64,000 nt of DNA, taken from Mobula hypostoma. Taxonomy: Eukaryota. The stretch covers positions 14,448,001-14,512,000 of the forward strand of contig NC_086118.1 of NCBI RefSeq assembly GCF_963921235.1, written 5' to 3'. Below, one piece after another: positions 37,878 to 49,779 of this stretch. The stretch's first letter is position 1. Each line of letters starts with the position of its first letter. The notes under the pieces are model-generated. The model ran no database searches and had not been told where the DNA came from. It saw nothing but the letters and a program-made list of their open reading frames with translations. The position numbers and the translations under genes were made by a program.

Positions 37878-39224
37878 CAGGTGGCCCCCATTTTCCGAAT
37901 GTTCGCTTTATGACACCTCGCTGTTATGAAAAACCTACATTAGTTACCTGTTTTCACTAACAGAAGGTGTTTTCACTGCTAGGAAAAAAGGTAGCGCATG
38001 CCCGAACACCCAAGCTCCTCCCCTGCATCTGCATTCTAGCTGGCATTGCTTAAACACGTGCTTTATCTTGATTTATTTTGTGCATCCATTAACAAGATGA
38101 GTTCTAAAGTATCAGAAAAGCCTAAAAGAGCTCGTAAGGGTGTTACACTTAGCGTAAAACTAGACATAATTAAGCGTTTTGATTGTGGTGAATAAAGTAA
38201 GGACATTGTCCGCGCATTAAACTTGCCTGTATCCACCATTCACACTATTTATACGCAGAGAGAAAGAATTTTGAAAGCTGCCAACGTTACTGTTGGTTCT
38301 GCTCGTAGCAGAGTGATCTTTCTTAGTCGGCATCCAAAAATGGATAAAATGGAAGGTTTATTGCTTGAGTGGATTGATGGGTGTACAAAGCGTGGTGTTC
38401 CGTTAAGTTTTCTTAATCAGCCAGTCTTTTATAGAAGCTGAAACAGAAAGCACTGGATGATGGTGATGAAAGTGATGCGAAAGTGGAATATAAAGGTAGT
38501 CATGGGTGGTTTGATCGGTTTCTGAGGCGAAGGCAGCTTCATAGTTTAAGCAGTGGTCCCCAACCAACGGATCGCGGACTGATACATTGCCATATAGCAC
38601 GCAGGTGTACAGCGCTGGTCAGAACGCACCCAGCACATCTTTAAGAAAAAAGCCGAAATAAACAGGCTAATTAATTAGGTGCTACCTGGCACGTAAATGT
38701 TGGCCCAGATCAGAGGCGATTGCCGATTGCCAATTGCGTCAGGTGGTTATTCGTATAAGCAAGTGTTTAACAGTGATGAAACTGCAATTTATTGGCGTCT
38801 TCTCGATTCTGGTAAGTGAGACTACACTGTACATACATTATTTCTACTTTATATAGGCTGTGTATTTTTATGTGTTATTTGGTATGATTTGGCAGCTTCA
38901 TAGCTTAAAGGTTACTGGAGAGAGTGTTTCTGCCGAGAACGCTTCTGCAAGATTTTCGCTGCGCTTTACCGTGCTGCAGAAAAGTATTTCTACTTCATAT
39001 AGGCTGTGTATTTATCATAGCATTCCTGCTTTTACTACAGGTTACTGTTATTTTAGGTTTTGTGTGTTATTTGGCATGATCTTGTAGGTTATTTTTTGGG
39101 TCTGGGAACGCTCACAAATTTTTCCCCATAGTAATAAATGGTAATTGCTTAATCACTTTACGACATTCCAGCTTACGAACCATTTCACAGGAACGCTCTA
39201 CCTTCGGATAGCGGGAGAAACCTG
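37878..39224 (+). mobile_element. Tigger/pogo-like DNA transposon, internally deleted
   Basis: TA-flanked TIRs caggtggcccccattttccgaa and ttcggatagcgggagaaacctg. CENP-B-type HTH remnant MSSKVSEKPKRARKGVTLSVKLDIIKRFD..E*..LNLPVSTIHTI...MEGLLLEWID...KGSHGWFDRF. Confidence 0.85.
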
Positions 39225-40524
39225 TAATTTTTAACTTAGGATAAGACTATAATATTCTGAATACAGGTTGCAAAGAAATAATTGGAGGGAAGGGATTGCT
39301 CTCCAAGAGCCAGCATGGACCAAATAGTTTTCTGTCTTGTAAGAAAATATGGAAATAACACGTCATTTTCTCTCTGTCTGTGGCAGTTCTTGGGAATTAA
39401 TATCGAATTAAAACAGCTGAGGTAACCACACACATTTTTGTTTTCTTTCTCCACAAATATGAACATTCTCTGTGCTAAAATTGTTCCTTTTTGATTTTTT
39501 TGTCTTTAGCCTTTTGTTTTTAGAGTAGTTGTTTCCTGGGCAATTTTGGCCTACCCTGGAATCATGAATCATTGTAGATCTGACCTATTCTCTTCTGACT
39601 TGATGGCACTGTGGCCCCAACTCTGTCCATTGGACATGCTAATGGAAGGAGAGAGATTTCAGCTAAACTGTCGATATACCTACGTCAAGTCATTGCTTGA
39701 TTCACCCACAGATCAGCTCTCCTAACATTTCCAGATGTTAGCGAGGAAGGTTTCATGGGTGAGTTAATAACTTGTCCAAATTTGACACTGTTTATTTTCC
39801 ATGATCTAATTGCTTATATTTGTTTTATTATCTTATGATAGTTTTGAATCGAGTGAGTGACACGCAGTACTATTTCAGAAAGCATTTAAAGTTCAGGCTG
39901 TTCCTGTGATCTGGACCCATATGCACACAGCAGTCGGAAAGAAGGGCAAATTTCCTTCCCTAAGATATGCATTGAAATATTTAAATGTTTTTATACCAGC
40001 TATATTATAACTTTCTGAAAACCATTCCTGGTACTAGTTTCTGATTCAGGTCTCCAGCTACCATGGTAGATTTAGATGGCGTATGTCAGGACCAGGCATC
40101 TGCGTTACCTGTACAATGACATAACCACATTACCCCATACTGCAAGGTTCTTTGTTGGAGTACTAAGGATGTCCTACACTGTTGAAAATACTCCCATTCA
40201 GTGGTCTGAATCAGGTGGAAGCTCTTAGAACATTTAAAAGAAGGCAAATTGAGGTCTCTTGGATTCCTCAACTCTTGCTGAGTTTCTGCAGCATTTTGTG
40301 TGCATTGATTGAGTTTTCCAGCATCTTCAGAATCTCTTGTGTTTACCTCTTGGAGTGCTGACCAATCTTTCTCCATCTGGCGACACAATCAAACTGGTCA
40401 TCCATTTTCCAGTAGTGAAAGTACTGGAATAATGAGGATGCAGTGTGGGACAGTGTTGTGGACACAGCTCAGCACTGTCACGTGCTGAGCTCTGTCCACA
40501 ACCCCTTGCAACTGCTCAGCATAT

Positions 40525-41000
40525 GTCTGTAAGAAACTGCAGAGTGTTGTAGAGATGGCTCAGCACATCACAGGAACCAGTCCCTGCTTCCCCCCTTTAT
40601 GGATTATTTCTGTCCTTCTCACTGCTTCAGTAATGCAGCCAGCATAACCAAAGACCTCACCCACCCCCGACATTCTCTCTTCTTCCCTCTCCCATCGGGT
40701 AGAAGATACAAAATCCTGAAAGCATGTACCTCCAGGCTCAAGGACAACTTCGGTTCGGCTGTTATCAGATTCTCGAACAGTCATCTTGTGAGATGAGATG
40801 ACTCTTGACCTGACAGTCTCCCTCTTTATGATCTTCTGCTTATCACTTACCTGCACTACACCGTTTTGCTGACTTTTAGACTCAACTCTGCTTTTTTTAT
40901 TGTTTTACCTTATTCTAGCTAAATGCATTGTGTAATGATTCGATTGCAAGACAAGCTTTTCACTGTATTTTGGTACATATGACAATAATAAACCAATATC
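40525..41000 (+). mobile_element. Rex1-like LINE 3' fragment
   Basis: NAASITKDLTHPRHSLFFPLPSGRRYKILKACTSRLKDNF; tail aataaaccaatatcaatat. Confidence 0.75.
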
Positions 41001-41019
41001 AATATATTACAGAGCAGGT

Positions 41020-41430
41020 ACTTGTTACATTTTCCTCTCCTTGGTTGTTCAAGAACACTGATCAAAAACGGTAACAGTCTTAGGTCCCACACCACGAGGT
41101 TCAGGAGCAATTATTACCCTACAACAATCAGGCTCCTAACTAAGTGTGAACAACTTCACTCACCACAACCCTGAACTGATTTCATGCCCTCTACACTCAC
41201 ATTCAAGTTCTCTACAACTCGTGCCCTCAGTATTACTATTTTTTAATTTGCTCACTTAGGCTTCTTTTGCACTTTGGTTGTTTGTCAGTCTTTGTTTATT
41301 AATAGGTTTTCATAAATTCTGTTGCATTTCTTTATTTTCCTGTAAATGCCTGCAAGAAAATGAATCTCAAGGTAGTAGTTGGTAACATGGATGCACTTTG
41401 ATAATAAATTTACTTTGACTTTGGCTCTGA
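41020..41430 (+). mobile_element. Rex1-like LINE 3' UTR fragment
   Basis: Collinear with 31600-31980; tail tttgataataaatttactttgactttg. Confidence 0.65.
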
Positions 41431-41699
41431 ACTCTCCGAAATCCTGGCAAGGGAAGTTTGGAATTGAATGTCTGGCGTTGCAGAGAGTTAGACACTTTTT
41501 GGCGGAAAGTGATAGGGATTTCCTTCAGTGACCTCTACTCGTGGTTGAAGTCTTAAACATTCCGATTAGAAACTTAGAAGTATGAAGAAGGAGCCACGTA
41601 TTGAATTTTCCACTATATCGCATTGCCAGTGAAGTCTCCCCCTAGAAAAGAAACATGCAGCACTATATATGGGATTTCTTTTAGCCGATAAGCAAGGAC

Positions 41700-41965
41700 A
41701 GCACTAGTGGGTAGCACAACACTTTACAGTACCAGTGAGATGAGTTCAATTAGGGCCGCTATCTGTAGCAGGTTTGTACATTCTCACTGTGACCCGGTGG
41801 GCTTCCTCCAAGTGCTCTAGTTTCCTCCCACATTCCAAAGGCATAGGTTATTTCATCATTGTAAATTGTCTCATGATTAGGTTAGGGTTATATCTCAGGT
41901 TACTGGGTGGTATGGCACAAAAGGCCAGAGGAGCCTATTCCGTGTAGTATCTCAATAAATAAATT
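41700..41965 (+). mobile_element. V-SINE/HE1-like tRNA-derived SINE
   Basis: tRNA-like head (tagtgggtagcaca...gagttcaatt), V-domain-like core and tatctcaataaataaa tail. Paralogue of 43070-43360. Confidence 0.7.
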
Positions 41966-43069
41966 AATTAAGTTGTATAGTTGTGAGTGAAAATAACATG
42001 AAGTTATAGATAATGGACATAATTCTGACTGTGGATTTTAATTTGGCAATGAGATATTCAGAACAAACTTTCTCTAAAGTCTGCATATATTAGATTGAAA
42101 CCTTGAAGAGTGAAATGGTCAATATAGTTTGTCTGCAAAACAGAGTAATGATATTTCATGATCTCTCTCATTGGTTGACTGAAATTGTTGAACCACCTAT
42201 CTCTTCTGAGGGTTGTAAACAATGGGGAATCTGCTCATTGCACAGGTCATTAAAATTTGTCGGTAGACAGAACGTTTCAGTCTTGTAACTGCAGCAAGTC
42301 AGTACTTGCCTTTGAAACAGATGAAATGGATGAACCTTTGCAATAGATGAACCAGCTGTTGGTGGTGTGTGGTACTGGTTTTGGTTCACTGAATGTCACA
42401 TGTACTGAGATACAGTGAAAAGCTTTTTGCTGTTCATGTGTTGTCCAGATAGGTCATGCCATTCATTTCGAGGTACTGGTAAGAGAAACAGAATGCCAAA
42501 TATAGTGTTACAATCGCAGGAAGAGTGCAGGGAATGTAAACAAATAATGGCATGCAGAGCTACATCTATGTCCTAATCCCCTGGGGTGGCAAATCAGAGA
42601 TTAAAGCGTGAGTTTGCAGTACTGTGGTTTACTTACTGCGCCATGGCATCTGACACAGGCTGTTAATTTTTCAGTCGCTTGTGTCTCCTCTGCTGATCCC
42701 TGTTGTAGCTCATATCGGAAGTTGCTGCTTTATTGTGAATCTGGACCCCTATCTGCAGTACAAAAGTCAGGCCCAGAATGAAGCAGCAGTGCCAGACAGA
42801 AGCTGAGTTCAAAACCACTGGAGATAAGAACATCAAGGATGCAGAGTGACTGCGCACTTGGAAGGTTGAGAGATTAGACGGAAAGAATAGACTTACAAGC
42901 AAGAAGCTTGGCTTGTTATGAAAGAGTATTGATATGAACTGGACCATGGGCTGGAGGGATTAAGTTATTGGCTCTAATGCACACAGTGAGTCAGCAGAGT
43001 GCATGGGGGGGCAAACAGTTGCAAGCCTGATGAGAATTATGTATTTCCTTGAGCTCTTGTTAAATCTTG

Positions 43070-43360
43070 GGGTGGCACAGTAGCATAGTGGTTAGTACAA
43101 TGCTTTACAGTACGAAGGACCTGGGTCCAATTCCTGCTGCCTGCCTGTAAAGAGTTTGTACATTCTCCCTGTGACCATGCGAGTTCCCTCCGGGGGCTCC
43201 GGTTTCCTCCCACAGTCCAAAAACATACCGGTTGGTAGGTCTATTGGTCACTATAAATTGTCCTGTGATTAGGCTAGGAATAAATTGGAGAGTTGCTGGG
43301 TGGTGCCACTCAAATAGCAGGAAGGGCCTATTCTGCGCTGTATCTCAATAAATAAATAAA
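43070..43360 (+). mobile_element. V-SINE/HE1-like tRNA-derived SINE
   Basis: A-box-like tagcatagtggttag, B-box-like gggtccaattcc, core gagtttgtacattctccctgtgacc...ctccggtttcctcccacagtcc, and (taaa)n tail. Confidence 0.78.
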
Positions 43361-43895
43361 TTGTACAGAGGAATTTCTATTTATCTTTTTCCTGTCTTTG
43401 GGAAGCTGGTTGGCTGAGAGGCAGGATCCTACTATTTCAGACAACAGCGAGAGAGCGGAAGGGATAGAAACCTGCTGGGTAGATGGGGAAGAAAGAACGT
43501 GCTCAGAAATTAATATGCAAGATGGGGTGGGGGGTGGAGAGTGGAGGGCAGAAAACTGGATCCTTGATAAGCATTGGTAAGAGCCAGCTGCAGAGACCTG
43601 GCTGCGTATGTTGAATCGAGTGGGACAGAGGGGTGGGAATCATGTTTCTGTCAGAAAGGGGCACTGACTCCTTGTGCACACTCTTGTTCTCTTTCAGCTA
43701 GCATATCGTTAGAAACTGAACCAGAAGGAAATTCTTCTCACTGGAGTTTAAAAGAATGAGAGGTGATCTAAATGAGACCATAAAATTCTGGGAGAGCTTC
43801 ATGGAGCAGTTGTTGGGAGAATGTTTTCCCTGATAGGAAAAACTATTTAGGGGGAATACTTTCAGAATATGGATTGTCTACTGATTGATACGGAT

Positions 43896-46064
43896 TGTTA
43901 CGTACCCCGTAACTGGGTTGCCAAACCAGCAGAAATGGACCACTTAGTTGGAGTTTGGTTAACAGAAACTAATAAAGTTTTATTAAAGAAATAAGCAACA
44001 CAGTATTCTAATCATAAGGATATAAATGCAACAGGTTAGCAATGATAAAACACACATGTACACAGAACTAGGGTAATAGGAATCAACCAAACTCTATCGC
44101 AGTCTAGGGGTAAAATGATCAGTCTCAAGTGATGCAGAGTTCAGTTCAGCTTAGTACAGTTCACAGTAATCGCTGTTGTGCCGTGGGGGGAGGAAGGAGG
44201 GGGGGAGGAGGAGAGGGGGGGGAGGAGGAGAGGGGGGGAGGAGGAGAGGGGGGGGAGGAGGAGAGGGGGGGGGAGGAGGAGGGGGGGAGGAGGAGAGGGG
44301 GGAGGAGGAGAGGGGGGAGGAGGAGAGGGGGGAGGAGGAGAGGGGGGAGGAGGAGAGGGGGGAGGAGGAGAGGGGGGAGGAGGAGAGGGGGGAGGAGGAG
44401 AGGGGGGAGGAGGAGAGGGGGGGAGGAGAGGGGGGAGGAGGAGAGGGGGGAGGAGGAGAGGGGGGAGGAGGAGAGGGGGGAGGAGGAGAGGGGGGAGGAG
44501 GAGAGGGGGGAGGAGGAGAGGGGGGGAGGAGGAGAGGGGGGAGGAGGAGAGGGGGGAGGAGGAGAGGGGGGAGGAGGAGAGGGGGGAGGAGGAGAGGGGG
44601 GAGGAGGAGAGGGGGGAGGAGGAGAGGGGGGAGGAGGAGAGGGGGGGAGGAGGAGAGGGGGGGAGGAGGAGAGGGGGAGGAGGAGAGGGGGGAGGAGGAG
44701 AGGGGGGAGGAGGAGAGGGGGGAGGAGGAGAGGGGGGAGGAGGAGAGGGGGGAGGAGGAGAGGGGGAGGAGGAGAGGGGGGGAGGAGGAGAGGGGGGAGG
44801 AGGAGAGGGGGGAGGAGGAGAGGGGGGAGGAGGAGAGGGGGGAGGAGGAGAGGGGGGAGGAGGAGAGGGGGGAGGAGGAGAGGGGGGAGGAGGAGAGGGG
44901 GGAGGAGGAGAGGGGGGAGGAGGAGAGGGGGGAGGAGGAGAGGGGGGAGGAGGAGAGGGGGGAGGAGGAGAGGGGGGGAGGAGGAGAGGGGGGAGGAGGA
45001 GAGGGGGGAGGAGGAGAGGGGGGAGGAGGAGAGGGGGGAGGAGGAGAGGGGGGAGGAGGAGAGGGGGGAGGAGGAGAGGGGGGGAGGAGGAGAGGGGGGA
45101 GGAGGAGGGGGGGAGGAGGAGAGGGGGGAGGAGGAGAGGGGGAGGAGGAGGAGAGGGGGGGAGGAGGAGAGGGGTGGAGGAGGAGAGGGGGTGGAGGAGG
45201 AGGGGGGAGGAGGAGGGGGGGAGGAGGAGGGGGGAGGAGGAGAGGGGGGGAGGAGGGGGGGGGGAGGAGGGGGGAGGAGGAGAGGGGGAGGAGGAGAGGG
45301 GGGAGGAGGAGAGGGGGGGAGGAGGAGAGGGGGGAGGAGGAGAGAGGGGGAGGAGGAGGAGGGGGAGGAGGGGGAGGAGGAGGGGGAGGAGGAGGGGGGA
45401 GGAGGAGAGAGGGGGAGGAGGAGAGAGGGGGAGGAGGAGAGGGGGGAGAGGGGGAGGAGGAGGGGGAGGAGGAGAAGAGAGGGGGAGGAGGCAAGAGGGG
45501 GGAAGGAGAGACGGGGGAAGGAGAGACGGGGGGGAAGGAGAGGGAATGCAAATCTCATTCAGACAGACCTTTGTTCTTCGCAGTTAGCTTTCGGGCGAAC
45601 CCTTTTATGTCTTCTGTGGTCACTGACTGTGACCCCTCCATTCCGGACACGACCATTCTTCTGCTGTGAACCCGGCACCCAGGCAAGGGTGAACACACAC
45701 ACCAGGTTCCCGCCGATCGTACCTTTTCACCCTGTACGTCTATGGTCGGTTCCCGCGTCCAAACCTCCAAACTCACACCAACTGGTGGGGGCACACCGCT
45801 CTTCCAGGGTCTCGTTATCTCGTGATCTCGTGGTGTGTGTCTTGCCTTAGCGAACCTGTTCTTTTTATCCCCCTGCTGGGGTATCGCCTGTCCATCAAAC
45901 TTCAAACAGTTCAGGTTCAAAGCAATCGGTCTGTCAATAACCAGACTGGTGCCTCTTTCCATTATCTCTCTCTCCTCTCTCATTAACATTTTGAATGTTT
46001 CTCCATTGTCTCACTTATCTCTCTCATTAGCATCAATCTTCTGATAACTTGGTTTTTCTTCACA
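43896..46064. mobile_element. Solo LTR-like element containing an expanded G/A tandem array, inserted in an old CR1 fragment (~43715-47500)
   Basis: Starts TGTTACGTACCCC and ends TTCACA, with flanks ggat/agat. Homologous to 22414-23402 on both sides of the array. Confidence 0.65.
44185..45545 (+). repeat. G-rich polypurine minisatellite with 15-bp unit AGGGGGGAGGAGGAG
   Basis: Direct reading: homogeneous core at ~44290-45090 with degenerate edges. Only a handful of pyrimidines on the + strand, all near the right end. Confidence 0.97.
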
Positions 46065-46095
46065 AGATGAAGAGCATTCTGGAGAACTCTGAAGG

Positions 46096-47421
46096 TGTCA
46101 CAGTGGGGTGCTGGGAACGGACCCAACTGCGAGACACAAACACTGAAGTACAAGGAACAGGACTTGACTAGAGTAGGGACGTGACAGGATTCAGGCAAGG
46201 AGCAGGGACAAGAACGCAGAGTTGGGCTAGGGAAAGCCGGACCAGGACTAAGAACCATGGACTAGGAGACAAGGCTTGGACTCCGAGCCCGAGACTGGAC
46301 AAGTACCCAAAACCTGGGTCTTGCCTTGGGCTCAGACCCCAGAACCAGGCAAGGACATGACATGGCTTGAGGTTTGGGGTCTTGAAGCTTGGCTTGGGAT
46401 CCTCGGGGTCTTGAGTTCTTGGAGCTTGGCTTGGGATCCTCGGGGTCTTGGGTTCTTGGAGCTTGGCTTGGGATCGTCAGGGTCTTGGAGCTTGGTTTGG
46501 GATCCTCAAGGCTTGGGGTCTTGGAGCTTGGCTTGGGATCCTCAAGGCTTGGGATCTTCATCTTGAAATGCAGAGGCTGATAACTCAGAGACTGGAGCTG
46601 AGAGGCAGACTGGGAACTGAACATCAACATTGAGCCAGGACTTATCCTTCGACAAGCCAGGACTCAACTTCATCTCCACACCAAGGTGGGACAGGTCTCT
46701 CCGTCAGGTAATGGCAGAACGGCCAGACTTACCCCACAGAGGCAAGGACAAGACAAGACAGATCCCCCTGCAGGGCAACAGCAAAAAAAACCTGGCTTAC
46801 CCCACAGAGGCAAGGACAAGGAGAGACAAACACCAAAGAACAACAGACAGTTCCATCTCTGCTCCAGGGAAGCTCGAGTCTCAGTACGGCCTGCAACCTC
46901 AGCTGGCTACGGAAACAGCCAGGTCTCTATCTAGCTCAGAGTAGCTGGCAGCCACTCAGCTGGCCCAGGAATCAGCCAAATCCATACCGCAAAGACTACT
47001 CCAATGAGTGGCAACAAGGCTCCATGAAGCAGTGGTCCTCCAACCAGGGCTAGAGATCCCAAATGGGTTACTACCCTTCCATCAGCAGGTTGCTCCAAGG
47101 GGGACTGACAAGACAAACCAGCAGCCCACACTTCCTCTTCTTCTTCTTCTTCTATTTTGTTTAATAGCAGTTGGCAACCAGTTTCAGTGCATTACTACCA
47201 CCTGCTAGACTTGTGGTTTTCCAACCAAATATGTCCTGGCATTCTCTACTTTAGACAGCAGCCCACACTCAATCCCAAGGCTACTTATATTGCAAGCCCA
47301 AAGATGGGAATCAGGTACCTTTGATTTAGTCAAACAAGGGACAGCTGGAAGACCCGGAGTCCTGAGTTCCATGGACCGGACCGTGAACCGGAATACGGAC
47401 TTCATGGACCGGACCATGACA
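46096..47421. mobile_element. Solo LTR-like element with exact 5-bp TSD and an internal ~31-bp tandem repeat
   Basis: TGTCA...TGACA termini; gaagg at 46091-46095 and 47422-47426. Repeats of tcttggagcttggcttgggatcctc at ~46375-46560. Confidence 0.75.
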
Positions 47422-47909
47422 GAAGGTTTAGTCATGGAATATATTCAAGTCTGAGATGGAAGGATTTTCAGTCTATGGGGGAGTTGAGTGTTAATGGATA
47501 ATTGGTTTATTATTGTCACATGTACTGAGATACAGTGAAAAGTTTTGTTAGTGTACCATCCAAACGTAAGTACATCAAGGCAGGGCGACCATTAAAGTGC
47601 AAGGAACAAAGCAAGGTAGATTTAATAGATTAAATAGTCACTTTTATCATATAAGTGGTTCATTCAAGAGTCTTATCATAGCGGAACAGACACGAGTGGA
47701 ATTGAGGCTAAGATCAATCTGGCAATAATCTTATGGTGGTGGGATGTGCTGAAAAGGTTGCCTGGCTGACCTGCTCCTGAGTCCTGTTGTCTAATGATCA
47801 ATATTCGGCCAGATTATGCCAGGAGCCCAAATATTGCTGGTTGATAATAAACACACCTTAGAATGACAGTAAATGTGAAGAAGCTAAATGAGTTCTTCCC
47901 CAGTCACTT

Positions 47910-48600
47910 GTTCAAAGTTCAAAGTAAATTTATTATCAAAGTGCATGCCCTGAAATTCATTTTCTTGCCTGCATTCACAGTAGAACAAAGAAATGCAATA
48001 GAATCAATGAACAACTACACATAAGGACTGACAGGCAACCAATGTGCAAAAGAAGGAAACATGCAGATATGATATTAATAATTTCTACTAATAAATGAGT
48101 AATACTAAGAACATGAGTTGTAGAGTATTTGAGCGTTGTGTTCAGTGATCAGTTCAGTGCTGTGATGGCAGAAGTTGTTCGTGCTGGTCCTGGAGCCTAA
48201 TGATTGAAGAATAACTGTTCCTGAACCCTGGGGCATGACATCTAAGGCTCCTGTCCCTCCTTCCTGATGATGGTAGCAGTGAGAAGAGAGTGTGACCGTA
48301 ATGGTGGGGATCCTTGATGGATGCTGCTTTCCTGTAGCAGCTCTTTTGTAGATATGTTCGATAGTGGGGAGGGCTTTTCCAATGATGGAATGGGTTGTAT
48401 TCCCTACATTTTGTGGGCTTCTCCATTCTTCGGCACTAGTGTTTCCATACCAGGCCATGATGCAACCAGTCAGGATACTCTCTACCAGGCATCTATAGGA
48501 GTTTGTCAAAGTTTTAGGTAACCTGCCAAGTTTGCACAAACTTGTAAGAAAGTTGAGGGGCCGTTGTGCTTTCTTTGAAATGACACTTACATGCTGGTCC
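47910..48600 (-). mobile_element. Rex1-like LINE 3' fragment
   Basis: KKAQRPLNFL..LTNSYRCLVESILTGCIMAWYGN; tail ttcaaagttcaaagtaaatttattatcaaag. Confidence 0.78.
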
Positions 48601-49779
48601 CAGCCTTCCAAGACATTTCTGCTCCTGTGTACCCAAGAATGGTGACACCTGGAGGCAAAACCTGCCCAGTGTTTTTTGGGAAAGTCGGCATGTGTCATTG
48701 ACCTGGTGGAATGACCACAAGCCCAAACTTATTTCCAAGTAATTAATTTTTGAAAATGGTAAATTTATCCACTGAAGTCAGTTGAAATTAATCAACGTAA
48801 TTGTCTTGACATAAAACACAAAGGTTCCAAGTTATGATCTATCCAGATCACTCCCTTAATTGTCTGAGAAAAGAAAACAGTGAACGCAGATCTAGGAGGG
48901 GTGCAGTCGATGTGTATATTGCTGTCTGCGTCTTGGGTCATCTTGTTAGTGGCCCTCATGATTCAGGTTCTTGTTTATTTCAAGCTCTGACTGACATGTA
49001 CACAGAGCCAAAGTCAATGGTGAATTGTGGAGTTACATTAAAATTAATGTTGACTTTGTGTTTAATGTGGGGTTTGGATGAAAATGTTTGTTGTCAGTGT
49101 ATGTACTGGAAAGCCCCTGATTCAAGGCAAGGGGCTGATTAGTTTAGCCATATACATTAGACTTGCTCTTGCTGAATGTTTAGGATTCCTTCATTTTATT
49201 GCCTTGGTATCTAGTGCTGAGCTGACCTCGGGTCAACAAAGTTAGCACAAGTGAATTACCAAAGGTTGTAGAAAAAGTTGTTAAAACCTAATAATGCTTT
49301 GCCTCCTTTGTGATTTAAAGCTGAACTCCATGGGAGAGAAGCATCATGCTGGCTATTTTAGTAGTTAGGCTGAATGCAGAGTCAGACTAATAGCTGGAGA
49401 AATTTGGAAGCTCAGAATATAAATCAGAGTGTTTTGGAGAAGTGACTGTCTGCTGATTATGTATTATTATTATTAGCTGCATACCTAAACTACGTTTTTG
49501 CAGAATTTCGAACCGCAAAATATGACTCACATAAAAAACATCTGTATTTATTATTAACAGAGCTTCCTCGTCACAGTAAATTCACATATAGATTTATAGA
49601 CAGTAAAGGAGTTTTGAAGTATATCATTATAGTAATGTTGGGAAATTTACTGTAGTAACAAGAATGAGCAGTGAGATAAGGAAATGGATTGTGGTTAATG
49701 TTAAACACTGTAAGTTGGAAATTATTAATTGCATCAGTATTGTAAATCATTATGGTATTTTTAATTTTTTAAAATTATA

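Noticed and set aside
42760..42850. TKVRPRMKQQCQTEAE, vaguely myosin-like peptide
   Set aside because: In-frame stop, no proper splice signals and only short chance similarity.
43070..43140. tRNA-like sequence with A/B boxes
   Set aside because: It is the head of a SINE, continuing into the V-domain and tail, and does not form a proper cloverleaf.
44129..45850. Five 465-573 aa ORFs rich in G/E/R or P/S/L
   Set aside because: They are artefacts of a stop-free G/A tandem repeat that is open in nearly all frames, with no sign of being a real protein.
46262..46633. Repetitive ORFs (LEDPKPSSK; LELGLGSS) and a superficially CRISPR-like repeat
   Set aside because: This is a ~31-bp tandem repeat without unique spacers, inside an LTR-like element in a eukaryotic genome. 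There are no cas genes.
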